Below, in pieces: positions 35,384-45,167 of a DNA stretch of 64,000 nt; positions within the stretch are counted from its first letter, which is position 1; each line of letters opens with the position of its first letter. A program made the position numbers and the translations under genes. Where the stretch lies: positions 1-64,000 of IMG/VR virus record IMGVR_UViG_3300009678_000002; one strand, given 5' to 3'. The notes beneath the pieces were generated by a model. The model worked only from the letters and a program-made list of their open reading frames with translations, did not search any database and was not told where the DNA came from. This stretch comes from a virus. Taxonomy: Duplodnaviria; Caudoviricetes.

Positions 35384-36043
35384 TCACCTGAACTCGCGCA
35401 CGTAGAGCTGCAGGATCGCGGCCTCTTGCGCCGGATCGACCGACTCGACGTCGACCGTGACCTCGACGCGCATCTGATAGACGTAACAGGTCGGCCGCTT
35501 CGAGCCCTCGACCTGCGCGCTGTTGAACGCGTACAGCGCTTCAGAGACCGCGCGCGCTTGCGCCGCGTCGAAGATCAGCGGGTCGCCCTCGGTGTCGTAG
35601 ATCCAGTTACTCGTGGCGGTTAGCGTTTCGACCTGATCGAGCAGCGTCGGCGCGCTGCTGCGGCCGATCGATGTCGCGTAGGGAAAGCCGCGGAAGTTGT
35701 CCGGCATGATGCGCAAGCGCGCGGTGCCGGTCACGAGACCGGTGAACCCGAGCACGAGCTTGACGTCGAGGCCGGTCGGCTCGCTCGGCGAGTACCACGT
35801 GTGGAAGAACGGGAACGAGCGCGCGCCTACGATGAACTCGTCGGTCGCAAGCCGGATGCGCGTCGAGCCGACGCCGTTCGCAGCGCAGAACAGATTGAGC
35901 CGGTGCTGCGGGGCTTGGTCGAGTAGGTGCTGAACGTTGTTCTTGAGCAGGAACGCGCGCCCCGCGCTGACCGGCTGATCATCGGCGAAGCTGTCATCTG
36001 CAAAGCGCTCATAGTGACCGAGGTAGCTGCTTTGACCGCTCAT
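35384..36043 (-). CDS. Minor tail protein
   Basis: Position; coupled to upstream gene. Confidence 0.6.
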   Translation of the reverse strand: MSGQSSYLGHYERFADDSFADDQPVSAGRAFLLKNNVQHLLDQAPQHRLNLFCAANGVGSTRIRLATDEFIVGARSFPFFHTWYSPSEPTGLDVKLVLGFTGLVTGTARLRIMPDNFRGFPYATSIGRSSAPTLLDQVETLTATSNWIYDTEGDPLIFDAAQARAVSEALYAFNSAQVEGSKRPTCYVYQMRVEVTVDVESVDPAQEAAILQLYVREFR

Positions 36044-38778
36044 GAGAACCGCCGTCCGCGCCCGCCCGGTATGTTGCCGTCACCGTTAGCCACGTACGCG
36101 TACCGGCGCTGCGCGGTCGTCCCCGTCGATCCGGCGTCCGCCTGGAACTCCATGAACGTCGCCGCCGCCGGCGTCCACGTGTCATCGAGCTGCACTGTCG
36201 CCGTGCCGGCCTCTGCGTCGAGGGCAGTGATCACGCCCGTGACCTCGGGCGACGTCGCGTCGTCCCGATCCACGAGCCGGATGAAGTCGCCGACCTCGAA
36301 GTGGTCGAGCACCTGTCCGTCGAGGTTCCCGCTGAGCAGGATGTTCAGCGCATCGGCCGTGTCGAACTCGAGCTGCCACTCGTCGCCGCCCAGGTCGGTC
36401 TGGTCAGTGACGCTCCCGCTCGCGGCGTAGCCAGCGATCGGCGTGGCTGGAGACCAGAGCTCGAGCGTGCCGGGCCCGACGTCGCCGGGCGCCGAGGGGT
36501 CGAGTTCCCACGTGCGGCCAACGCAGATGCATGCGCGCGACACGATGCCGCGGGTACCGTCGCCTCCGGGGATGAGCGAGTGCGTGAGCTTGACGACGTC
36601 GCCGCAGAGCACCGCGAAGTGCTCGAGTGTCACGCGGACTGTGATGACCACGTAGTCGCGGCCGAGGAGGGCGAGGTACCTGCGCGCGATGTCCTCGGTG
36701 GTGTTGACGCCTTTGCCCGGCGGGTTCCATGCGTGCGAGGCCGGCCGGCTGAACGGCTTGATCTCCATCTGCGACTGACCGCGCCCCTTGTGGGTCGCGA
36801 TGACGTCAGCGTCTTGGAAGGTCTCGGGCTCGTCGCTCCACTCGTCTTCGACCGGGTCGTACCGGTGCTGGATCGTGACTGTTGTCAGCACGCCATCGCG
36901 CTGCGGCTCGAAGCGCGGCAGCATCTGCGAGCGCGGCGTCGTGATCGACGTCGTGTCGATCTCGTGCGTCGACAGCACGACCGTCGCCTCGGTCGGCAGC
37001 GGCAGCGGGATGATCCCGATCCGGCCGTCGCTCTCGATGCGCATCATGTGCGCGGAGAACTTGAGCTCCTCGCGCAGGACGTCCTCGACGGCTTTCTCCC
37101 GCGTGAAAATGTAGCGACGAAACGCGAGCTCTTGAACCGCTCCGCCGATCTCCCAATCGGACAGCTCGGCGTCTGTGATCCAAGGCGTGTCGCCGTCGTT
37201 GGCGTTCACGCTCTCGTTCTTGATCTCCTGCACCAGGTCGGCGACCGTGCCCTCGCCGTACGAGCGTTGGATCAGAAGCTCGGGTGCGGGGTCGCTCGAC
37301 AGCAGTCCCTGAAAAACCAAGTCATCCGGGGCGAGCTCGATAAAGTCGTACGTGGTGCCGTCGACGACCTCCTGGTCGACGAGCGTAACGAAGAAGCTGG
37401 CGGCCAGGCTGAGGCCCCAGCGGAACTGAAAGTTGGAGATGCGGACCGCGCGCGCGCCCTCTAGCGACTGGTCCATCCACACGCGCCACGGCGGCCAGTC
37501 GATGATCGCCTGCGGGTCCGGGTTCACGCAGGAGATGCCGCGGATGTTGTCGGTCATCACGCCGAGGTTGATCCCGGCCGCCGCGTCTCCGAGCGCGTAG
37601 GCCGGCCCGCCGTGCTGCCACTGGTCATCGCTGGCAGTGGGGCCGAGGGGGAGCGTCCACGTGCCCGACGTCAGTCCCTCGCTGAGCGAGCCTGGCCGTG
37701 CGTTGCCGGAGCTGACGTCCAGCCAGTCACCTCTGCCTGCGACGTCGACCGCGTACCCGAGCAGCGGCGAGCCGAACTCGATCGTGAAGAACGGCTCGAG
37801 CGGGTTGTTAGCGAACAGCTCGAGGTAAAGGCCGTTGTCGTCCGGCACCAGCGTGATGTGATCGATCTCGGCGAGGAGCGGCTCGATGACTGTGGCGGCG
37901 GCGAGCTCGTCTGCGATGAACGTGTTCAGGTTCGCGAGGAGCGTGACCTCGTCGATGTCGAAGTTGGAGTAATAGAACGGGCCGAAGGTCTGATCGTTGT
38001 AGCGGAACTTGAAGTGCACCGCGCACAGCGCGTGGTGATAGATGCCGATGATCGACGACTCCTGAATGCCGCCGGCGAGCGACTGCCGCAGAGGTTGCGT
38101 GACCGGATGCGTCTCGACGAGCCAGCTAACGCCATCGCGCGTGTCGAGCTTCGGCGGCCGCGCCACCTGGCCGACCCAGATCTGCTCGCCGTCTCCGGTG
38201 TCCTCGTGCCCATACCAGTACAGGTACGCGCGCCGGTTCTCGAGCGTCGACGGGTGATCGTAGACGCGCACCGCGCGTGTGCGGTCGACGTGCGTGATGT
38301 TGTGCTTTTGCGGCTGCGTGTCCCAGATGTGCCGCTCGATCGTGCCGATGTCGTCCCAGGCGGTGACGCGGACGGCCTCGGTGCCGATGTGGAGGATCGT
38401 CCCGACGTCGATCGCGCCGCCGCCGTCGAGCTCGAGCTCGGTCGACTCGGACTCCATGTCGACGATGACTTCGCCGATCTCCTCGGGGATGAGCGAGAAC
38501 GTTTCGAGCAGCGGGTCGAGCGAGTCCTCGGAGGTGTGCTCGAACGGCGGGGAGATGCGGAACGTGATGCCGCGCGCGTCGACCCGCGCGTCGCGCATGA
38601 TCACGTGGTCGCTGAGCACGAGGCCGTCGAGCTGCAGGCCGGGCAGCAGCGTGCGGCCGTCGAGGTCGCTCGGGTCAGGCACCGACGGGTGGCTTACGAA
38701 CTGGTAGGGGCAGCCCTCGATGACCAGCCGAAACCTAAGAGTTCCGAACCCTTGCTCGGTGACTTTGGCGATGCTCAT
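36040..38778 (-). CDS. Tail tip / baseplate hub-like protein
   Basis: 912 aa downstream of tape measure; LCGDVVKLTH hub-type motif. Confidence 0.7.
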   Translation of the reverse strand: MSIAKVTEQGFGTLRFRLVIEGCPYQFVSHPSVPDPSDLDGRTLLPGLQLDGLVLSDHVIMRDARVDARGITFRISPPFEHTSEDSLDPLLETFSLIPEEIGEVIVDMESESTELELDGGGAIDVGTILHIGTEAVRVTAWDDIGTIERHIWDTQPQKHNITHVDRTRAVRVYDHPSTLENRRAYLYWYGHEDTGDGEQIWVGQVARPPKLDTRDGVSWLVETHPVTQPLRQSLAGGIQESSIIGIYHHALCAVHFKFRYNDQTFGPFYYSNFDIDEVTLLANLNTFIADELAAATVIEPLLAEIDHITLVPDDNGLYLELFANNPLEPFFTIEFGSPLLGYAVDVAGRGDWLDVSSGNARPGSLSEGLTSGTWTLPLGPTASDDQWQHGGPAYALGDAAAGINLGVMTDNIRGISCVNPDPQAIIDWPPWRVWMDQSLEGARAVRISNFQFRWGLSLAASFFVTLVDQEVVDGTTYDFIELAPDDLVFQGLLSSDPAPELLIQRSYGEGTVADLVQEIKNESVNANDGDTPWITDAELSDWEIGGAVQELAFRRYIFTREKAVEDVLREELKFSAHMMRIESDGRIGIIPLPLPTEATVVLSTHEIDTTSITTPRSQMLPRFEPQRDGVLTTVTIQHRYDPVEDEWSDEPETFQDADVIATHKGRGQSQMEIKPFSRPASHAWNPPGKGVNTTEDIARRYLALLGRDYVVITVRVTLEHFAVLCGDVVKLTHSLIPGGDGTRGIVSRACICVGRTWELDPSAPGDVGPGTLELWSPATPIAGYAASGSVTDQTDLGGDEWQLEFDTADALNILLSGNLDGQVLDHFEVGDFIRLVDRDDATSPEVTGVITALDAEAGTATVQLDDTWTPAAATFMEFQADAGSTGTTAQRRYAYVANGDGNIPGGRGRRFS

Positions 38779-38799
38779 GAGAGGCCGTATTCTCTGGGG

Positions 38800-39207
38800 A
38801 TGGCATCGCTCTCGATGTGGATGGTTCTGGCGTCCGCGCTGCTCGCGGTCGCGTGCTCAAGCGGCGGCAGCGGAACGCGCGCCGGCGATGACGCGGGGCC
38901 GGCAGCGGCCGGCCAGGGCGCGATCGATTCTCAGGACGGGCCAGACGCATGGAGCTGCGACTGCGAGTGCGAGCGCACCGACGAGGACGCGCCGCCCGAG
39001 ATGTTCGCCGACCTGGCCTACTGCTCGGACTCATTCAACTGGCTACCGGACAGGTCGGTCTCGACGCAGTCTCGGCTCGAGTTCTTTCCGAGCGACGGCA
39101 CCGAGCAGTGGCAGTGCACGTGCGCCTGCACGCGTGGCGCGGTCGACGGCTGCGTGTGCGGGCCGTGGGTCAGCGGCTATCAGGCATGGCGCGCCGAGTG
39201 TGACTAG
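38800..39207 (+). CDS. Antisense moron: Cys-rich lipoprotein
   Basis: LLAVAC lipobox; TTGGCG-17-TATTCT-6-ATG leaderless promoter; fills the gap between two tail genes. Confidence 0.7.
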   Translation: MASLSMWMVLASALLAVACSSGGSGTRAGDDAGPAAAGQGAIDSQDGPDAWSCDCECERTDEDAPPEMFADLAYCSDSFNWLPDRSVSTQSRLEFFPSDGTEQWQCTCACTRGAVDGCVCGPWVSGYQAWRAECD

Positions 39208-40109
39208 ACGTCGTCGGGCACCAGCGCGCCGCGCACGTAGCTCGGATAGTTGATGTTCCAGCGCGAGTTCACGTTGAAGCTCGAACGCTCCGGCGCCCAG
39301 GCCGTGCCCTCGGGTCGCAGCGTGAAGATCTCCGCGTAGGGATTCCCGAACCCGCCATCGCTGACCACGTAGGGCAAGCCCTGCCGCGCGTCGCGCTGCA
39401 ACTGACGGTGCGTGTACGGGTGCGCCTGCACCGCGCTCAGAGGTTCGACCTTTGCGATCGGTTCCCACTGCTGCGTGTAGTCGCGCTCGACCGGCGCGCC
39501 CGGCCGCGCGAGCCCGCCGCCGCTGATGCCGTCGTCGCCGATGCCGTAGCTGCCGACCGGTCCCGACTCGCGATCTGCGCTCGGGTTGCTGACCGCGGGC
39601 AGCGTCGGCTTGACGATGAACCACGGGTGGTACGGCGCGGTGTATGAGATCTCGCCCGAGACCGACGCGAGCGGGAACAGCGATTCCCAGCCGAGGTACC
39701 GCGCACCGTTGTCGGTCGTGAACACCAGGCCGATGTCGACGCCCGTGCCTGGCAGGTAGCCGACGACGTAGAGGCCGGTGTCGTTGTCGAACGCGACCGC
39801 GATCGAACTCGGGTCGGTCCAGCTGTTGTCGGCGGCCTCGGCCTGAATCAGCGCGGTCAGGATCGCGCCGACCGATGCACGCCCGAGCTTGCGGAGCGTG
39901 TCGGTGTCCGATCCGTCCTGCAGCTGGATCGAGAAAGTCTGCAGCTCGTGATGCATGAGCAGCGACGACGCGACGTCGTCATGGTCGAACGCGAGCAGCG
40001 AGCTCAGCTCGATCTCGATGTTCGAGTGCGTGCCGTCGCTGAGGATGAAGCTCCCCAGGTTGTGCGCCGAGTCTGCGACGTCGTGGATCTGGTGGTAACA
40101 GGCCGACAT
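39204..40109 (-). CDS. Distal tail-type protein
   Basis: Immediately follows tape measure. Confidence 0.6.
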   Translation of the reverse strand: MSACYHQIHDVADSAHNLGSFILSDGTHSNIEIELSSLLAFDHDDVASSLLMHHELQTFSIQLQDGSDTDTLRKLGRASVGAILTALIQAEAADNSWTDPSSIAVAFDNDTGLYVVGYLPGTGVDIGLVFTTDNGARYLGWESLFPLASVSGEISYTAPYHPWFIVKPTLPAVSNPSADRESGPVGSYGIGDDGISGGGLARPGAPVERDYTQQWEPIAKVEPLSAVQAHPYTHRQLQRDARQGLPYVVSDGGFGNPYAEIFTLRPEGTAWAPERSSFNVNSRWNINYPSYVRGALVPDDV

Positions 40110-40111
40110 GA

Positions 40112-41779
40112 TCAGGCTCGCTGAAGGCGCGGGTAAACACCGTCGCGCTCGCCGCGCTCGATCGTCCGCATGAGCTCGCGCGACTGCTCGGTCGTGCTCG
40201 GCACTGTGCTGTGGAAGTGGTAGTGCCTCTCGCTGCCGACGTTGCGCGGCCTCGTGAAGTCGCTGCCCGAGTCACGCGATGGCGCGATCGGCGTGGCGCC
40301 TCGACCGCGCGCAGCGCCCGCACCCGCGCCGCCGCCCGAACCGACTGCGCCCATGCCCAGGCCGGTCGCGACCATCACTCCGCCGATGGCCATGTGTGCC
40401 GGGCCCTGCGGGTTCAGCGAGATGGTCTCCGCGATTCCCTTGAGGAGGTACATCGTGCCCTCCGCGAACAGCTGATCGCCGATGGCGCCGATGACGGCCT
40501 TGCCCGAGACCTTTTGCCCCTTGGCAAGCGCCTGCAGTGACTTCAGGCCGGCCGCGCCGAACGTCTCGAACACGCTGACGCCGGCCTTGCGCATGTCGTC
40601 CCAGCGCCGGGTCGTCGACTCGTCGATCTTCTCGTACTCGTCGGCCTGGTGCTTGTAGTTCTCGACCGCTGTCTCGCGTTCCTTTTTGTCGAGCTCGAGC
40701 GCTTGCATGTGCGCGTCGAGCCGCGACCGGATGACCGCCTTGTCGGCCTTCTCCTTCTCGCGCGCCGCAACGGTCTCCGCAGACGGGCCTGCGTTCAGCT
40801 GAGCTTGGAACCCGGCGAGCTCGCTGTCGCGGCGCTGGCTCGCTTCCATTCCCGCTTGGACGTTGTCGAGGTTGCGCTGGTGACGCTGCTCGAACGTCTC
40901 GTGTGCACGCGCGCCGGGATTGTTTTTCTTCTTGTTCTTATCGTTCTTCTCGCGCTCCTTGGCGGCCTCGAGCTCCTCGAAAAGCCCGGCCCTGGTCTGC
41001 TGCTCCTTGGCGAGCTCGTTCATGTTGCCGGTGTGGAGTTCCCCCGCGCCGATCTCCACTCCGAGGCCTTTGACCGCACCGAACTCCTTGCGCTTGCCGA
41101 TCTCGGAGAGGCGCGCTGCGCTCGCGTCGAGGTCCTTTTGAATGTTGGCCGACGTGCGGACCTGGACGAACAGCGCCTTGTTCGATTCGAGCACCGCGTT
41201 GCTGGCGTCCTGATGAGCCTTCGCGCGGTCGCGCTCCGCCTTCGCCAACTCCTCGGACCGGACGCGCGCGTCCTCCATTGCGGTAGCGAACACGCCGAGC
41301 ACCGCGATCGCGCCGCCGGCTACGATGCCAGCGCCGCCGCTGATCACGCTCGTGATGCCAGCGATCGCGCCGCCGGTACGACCGAGCGCGCCCGTGTACT
41401 GCGCGAGGTCCGGGGCGATGACCCTGATCTGATTGCCGAACGCAGCGAAGGACGGGGCCAGTCGACCCATGCCTTGCGCGAACTGCCGCGTCTGCGCCGC
41501 CTGGCTTTCTGTCGCGCGGGCGAGCTGGTCGATGTTGGCGCGGAGGCTTGTCGTGCTCTTGCTAACGCCCTCGATGCCGAGGCGCTGTTTCACCAGCGCA
41601 TTGATGGCGTCCTTGTTGATCAGGTCGATGTGGCGCTTCGTGCTCGACGCGAAGATCTTGTCGAACTTGTCCTGCGACAGGGTGTTCTTCGCGATCTCCT
41701 TGTCGATCGATGCGTACGCGCGCGCGACAGCATCGGCCCCGGTTACCTCCAACCGGTATTGAACTGTTTCGTCTGCCAC
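40112..41779 (-). CDS. Tape measure protein
   Basis: Helical, Ala/Gly-rich with hydrophobic segments; follows the chaperone pair. Confidence 0.8.
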   Translation of the reverse strand: MADETVQYRLEVTGADAVARAYASIDKEIAKNTLSQDKFDKIFASSTKRHIDLINKDAINALVKQRLGIEGVSKSTTSLRANIDQLARATESQAAQTRQFAQGMGRLAPSFAAFGNQIRVIAPDLAQYTGALGRTGGAIAGITSVISGGAGIVAGGAIAVLGVFATAMEDARVRSEELAKAERDRAKAHQDASNAVLESNKALFVQVRTSANIQKDLDASAARLSEIGKRKEFGAVKGLGVEIGAGELHTGNMNELAKEQQTRAGLFEELEAAKEREKNDKNKKKNNPGARAHETFEQRHQRNLDNVQAGMEASQRRDSELAGFQAQLNAGPSAETVAAREKEKADKAVIRSRLDAHMQALELDKKERETAVENYKHQADEYEKIDESTTRRWDDMRKAGVSVFETFGAAGLKSLQALAKGQKVSGKAVIGAIGDQLFAEGTMYLLKGIAETISLNPQGPAHMAIGGVMVATGLGMGAVGSGGGAGAGAARGRGATPIAPSRDSGSDFTRPRNVGSERHYHFHSTVPSTTEQSRELMRTIERGERDGVYPRLQRA

Positions 41780-41782
41780 GGC

Positions 41783-42256
41783 TCACCCCTGCTGCGACTG
41801 CTTATTCGCTCGCTCGAGCGCGACCTTGTGCGCGTCGATGCGCATGATCATCGTCTGCAGGAACAGCACGCCCTGCATCTCGCGGTGACTGATGTCCGGC
41901 CGATAGATGTCGAGCTGCCCCTTGTCGAACATCTGCCAGGCGTCGAACACGCGCTCGACGAACGTGTCGCGCAGCGACATCCACGGGCAGCCGCGGCAGT
42001 CGATGCCGGTCCAGTCCTCGATCACCTCGAGCGCGGCGTCCGCCTGCTCGCGGCATTCACGAACGACCAGGTCAGCGTCGCCGCTGCAGTTGCAGCCGTA
42101 GGACCGCCGCAGCATGCGGCGCATCTGGCGGTCGGCGGGCAGGTCTTGTCGCGCCATGACCGGGTGCCCGATCAGGCTGTTGCGCTGCGCGTCGGTTGCG
42201 AGCTCAGGTTCGATCCCGCACTGCGGGGCGTTCCGCGTGTTCAGAGTTCTTGACAC
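41783..42256 (-). CDS. Tail assembly chaperone, downstream (T-like) frame
   Basis: In the -1 frame overlapping the upstream ORF; CNC...CRGCP. Confidence 0.6.
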   Translation of the reverse strand: MSRTLNTRNAPQCGIEPELATDAQRNSLIGHPVMARQDLPADRQMRRMLRRSYGCNCSGDADLVVRECREQADAALEVIEDWTGIDCRGCPWMSLRDTFVERVFDAWQMFDKGQLDIYRPDISHREMQGVLFLQTMIMRIDAHKVALERANKQSQQG

Positions 42257-42711
42257 GAACGCGGCAGCGGATAGCGCACGTCGGTCGTGAGGGCTAAACG
42301 CGACCGCGTCAGCGCGATCACTCCGATCTCGCAGATCGTGTTGAACTCGAAACGATCGAGCGCCTCATCCTTGAGGATGCCGTTGTCGTAGCGAGCGAGG
42401 TCGTTCTCGTCTGGTAGAGACATCCCGCCCGCTTGACGAATGTTCGCGACCGACTGCACCGCGCACGCAAACGCGCGGCTCCAGTGCTCGGGCCCAGGCT
42501 CGTCGTCGCCGGTCACGTCCTTCATGACGAACCGGAACATGAGCCCCTGTGAAATCTCCTTCAGCGTGAACACCATCGGCTGCAGGCCGGGGATGAACTT
42601 CAGCAGCTTGAAGTCGCGCGAGGTCTTGTACTTTTCGAAGTCGGCACCCATGGCCTCGCGATCGATCGCGGGGTCGCGGTGCTCGACCACTTGGAACGCT
42701 TCCGGTTGCAT
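42241..42711 (-). CDS. Tail assembly chaperone (G-like)
   Basis: Between tail tube and tape measure; AAGGAG RBS. Confidence 0.7.
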   Translation of the reverse strand: MQPEAFQVVEHRDPAIDREAMGADFEKYKTSRDFKLLKFIPGLQPMVFTLKEISQGLMFRFVMKDVTGDDEPGPEHWSRAFACAVQSVANIRQAGGMSLPDENDLARYDNGILKDEALDRFEFNTICEIGVIALTRSRLALTTDVRYPLPRSCQEL

Positions 42712-42723
42712 TGCAGGTCTCCT

Positions 42724-43200
42724 TCACTCGGCCGCGATCGGCAGGTCGCGCTCCGCCTTCAGGTCAATGAAGTGCGCGCGCGCTGCTGCGCGGATCATCT
42801 TGTCCAGCTTGGGGATCGGGTGCGGCTTACCGTCTGCACCGATCTCGAACGGGAACGCGTTTCGCTTTGGGCGATGCGGCCCGGCCTTCATGTGGTAGCG
42901 GAGCTTGCGCGGCGCCATCAGCACGAGGCCGTTGCGCGTCGATGCGAAGCAGCGGATCAGACCGTAGCTCTCGCCGGTGTCGAACAGCGGCGGCCCCGTG
43001 TTGCCCGACCTGCGCGGCTGCACGGCAGCAAATTGCTGCCCCGCCGGCGAGCGGCTCACATCGATCGCCCGCCGAGACATCGCCTCGATCTGCTTGGCGA
43101 TGTGCGCCATGAGCGGCTGCGGGTTCTGCAGGTTCTTGATCCGCTGCGCGATGCGCTTGCGCTGGTAGGTCAGCGACCTGAACTCGCCCTGCTCAGGCAT
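42724..43200 (-). CDS. Virion morphogenesis / tail completion protein (Mu G-like)
   Basis: P.PLM..I, SP.GQ.F, PLFDTG, YH..G..RPKR.F. Confidence 0.7.
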   Translation of the reverse strand: MPEQGEFRSLTYQRKRIAQRIKNLQNPQPLMAHIAKQIEAMSRRAIDVSRSPAGQQFAAVQPRRSGNTGPPLFDTGESYGLIRCFASTRNGLVLMAPRKLRYHMKAGPHRPKRNAFPFEIGADGKPHPIPKLDKMIRAAARAHFIDLKAERDLPIAAE

Positions 43201-43209
43201 GGCCGCACC

Positions 43210-44484
43210 TCAGAACAGCGCGATCGCGAACCTGCTGATCGCCTGGTTGTAGTCGGGCACGGTGCCGACCACGTCCGCCGAGTCCGAGTCGTCGTCGCAG
43301 CGCAGCTTGCAGCGCACGGTCAGACCGGTGATCGCGTTGTCGCGCGGCTTGACGTCCCAGACCTGCAGCGTGGGCCAGCTCAGAAGGATGCCGCCGCCGC
43401 CGTTCGCGGTGGGAGCGCTGCCGATCTGGAACCAGCACCCGAGCGCGTCGCGCGCATCCTTGTGGTCCATCCACGTGTGGTCCTCGTCGGCGATGTCGAA
43501 CTCGACGAACGACTCCGCGGGCACACGCAGCCACTGGTAGAACGTGTTGACGCCGTCCGGGCCCTCGTGCTTGACCATCGCGAAGCCAGGTTCGAAGCGG
43601 ACCTCGCTGCACTTGACGATCGCGCCGATCGTGGTCGTGCCGTTCGTCTGCTTCCGGAACTCGCTGTCGCGGATGATCTTCGCGGTGTTGTTTGTGTACG
43701 TGGCGCGCGTGAGCACGCCCGAGTTCAGGTCGGCCGCCATCGCGGAGCCGTCTGCCTTTTCCCAGTTGGCGAAGTCCCACGCGGTGCTGATGCGCGCGAT
43801 GCCGCGCGGTCCCATGGGCGCGAACGACAGCTGCGTCGGCATGCCGCCGAACAGGCCGTAACGCTCGTGCGTCGCGAGGCCTTCGATGATGGCCTGCATG
43901 GACGTGGTCTGGTCGCCGCTCGTGCCGTGCCAGAAGTAGTTCGCCGCCGCGTACGCGACGCCGGCGGGCACGCCGCTGAGCGAGTGCTTGAGGTGGACCG
44001 CGAGCGCGACGATGTCGTCGACCTGCCGCGCCTCGAGCCGGCCGCCCGAGCCCGTCGTGAACGCCAGCGCGCCGCCGCGCCGGATGCCGGTGGACGCGTC
44101 GACAGTGGGCGCGACCGCGCTGCCGCCGGTGATGGTCTGGCCGGTGCCGAGCTGCTCGCCGCCCATGATCACCTTGAGGATGCGACCGAGCGCGCCCTGC
44201 GCCGCGGCGGTGTCATTGCCGGCGCGCGCGAGGATGGTCTCGAGGTTCATGTCCCAGCTGGCGGTCGCCATCGGGGGCGCGAACTCGCCGACGTTCGCGT
44301 CGTCGATGTGCTGCAGCGCGTGGCCGGGGTCGACCAGGTCCTCGTGCAACTCGTACTTCATCGAGCCGGTGATGAACGGGCACTCGAGGAAGTCGCCCAG
44401 CGTGCCGCTGTGGTCGGTGCCGAATGAACCGTTCGGCTCCTCGTAGAGGCGGAGTCGGCGGGGCTGCTGTGCCTGAATCGTCAT
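43210..44484 (-). CDS. Major tail tube protein
   Basis: Position and size; E..FG N-terminal motif. Confidence 0.7.
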   Translation of the reverse strand: MTIQAQQPRRLRLYEEPNGSFGTDHSGTLGDFLECPFITGSMKYELHEDLVDPGHALQHIDDANVGEFAPPMATASWDMNLETILARAGNDTAAAQGALGRILKVIMGGEQLGTGQTITGGSAVAPTVDASTGIRRGGALAFTTGSGGRLEARQVDDIVALAVHLKHSLSGVPAGVAYAAANYFWHGTSGDQTTSMQAIIEGLATHERYGLFGGMPTQLSFAPMGPRGIARISTAWDFANWEKADGSAMAADLNSGVLTRATYTNNTAKIIRDSEFRKQTNGTTTIGAIVKCSEVRFEPGFAMVKHEGPDGVNTFYQWLRVPAESFVEFDIADEDHTWMDHKDARDALGCWFQIGSAPTANGGGGILLSWPTLQVWDVKPRDNAITGLTVRCKLRCDDDSDSADVVGTVPDYNQAISRFAIALF

Positions 44485-44600
44485 CGCTCACCTGCTCGGA
44501 TGGGTTTTGAAAACGCGGAACGCCCCGCGAAGCCGACGGGGACTCGTCAGCCAGCGGGGGCGAAGTGGCCTGCCGTGGCCGTGTGGATTGGCGCGCGCTG

Positions 44601-45164
44601 CTACTCGGGCGCGGCCTGCGGAACTTCGAGAATCGCGGAGCCGATCACCGACCAGCGAACGAGGTTCGCCTCGCGGTCCTCGATGGGCTCGGTCTGCACG
44701 GGCACGCTCGCGCCGGCGTCCGGATCAGGGCCGAGCAGCAGACCGCTCGCCGCGATGGTCGACTCGCCCTCGAGCGTCGTGCCGATCTGCCCAGGCCACT
44801 TGAGCAAGTACTCGACGGCGACGCCATCGGAGGACACGTAGTCCATGGCCTCGGCGTGCGCGAAGTCGGCGAGCGTGCTGCGCTTGTGCGTGAGGAACTC
44901 GATCGTGACCGGCAGGACGCGGTGCTCGGTCGAAGCCATGTTGCTGACCGGCGACGAGCTGTGCGTGTACATGCGGCCGAAGCGAACGTCGAACCAGTGC
45001 CGCGCTTCGCAGTTCTTCGCGTAGGTCTGCTGCTTGTGCGGCGCCACGGTCGCGAGACCGGGCACGTATCCGAACACGCCCGGCAGCGCGCGCGGCGATC
45101 CGAGCTTGCCCTCGAGGACGTCACGGATCGCGTGCCGGATGTTCCTGATGTAGCTGACGTCCAT
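44601..45164 (-). CDS. Tail terminator-like protein
   Basis: Position between adaptor and tube. Confidence 0.55.
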   Translation of the reverse strand: MDVSYIRNIRHAIRDVLEGKLGSPRALPGVFGYVPGLATVAPHKQQTYAKNCEARHWFDVRFGRMYTHSSSPVSNMASTEHRVLPVTIEFLTHKRSTLADFAHAEAMDYVSSDGVAVEYLLKWPGQIGTTLEGESTIAASGLLLGPDPDAGASVPVQTEPIEDREANLVRWSVIGSAILEVPQAAPE

Positions 45165-45167
45165 GGC

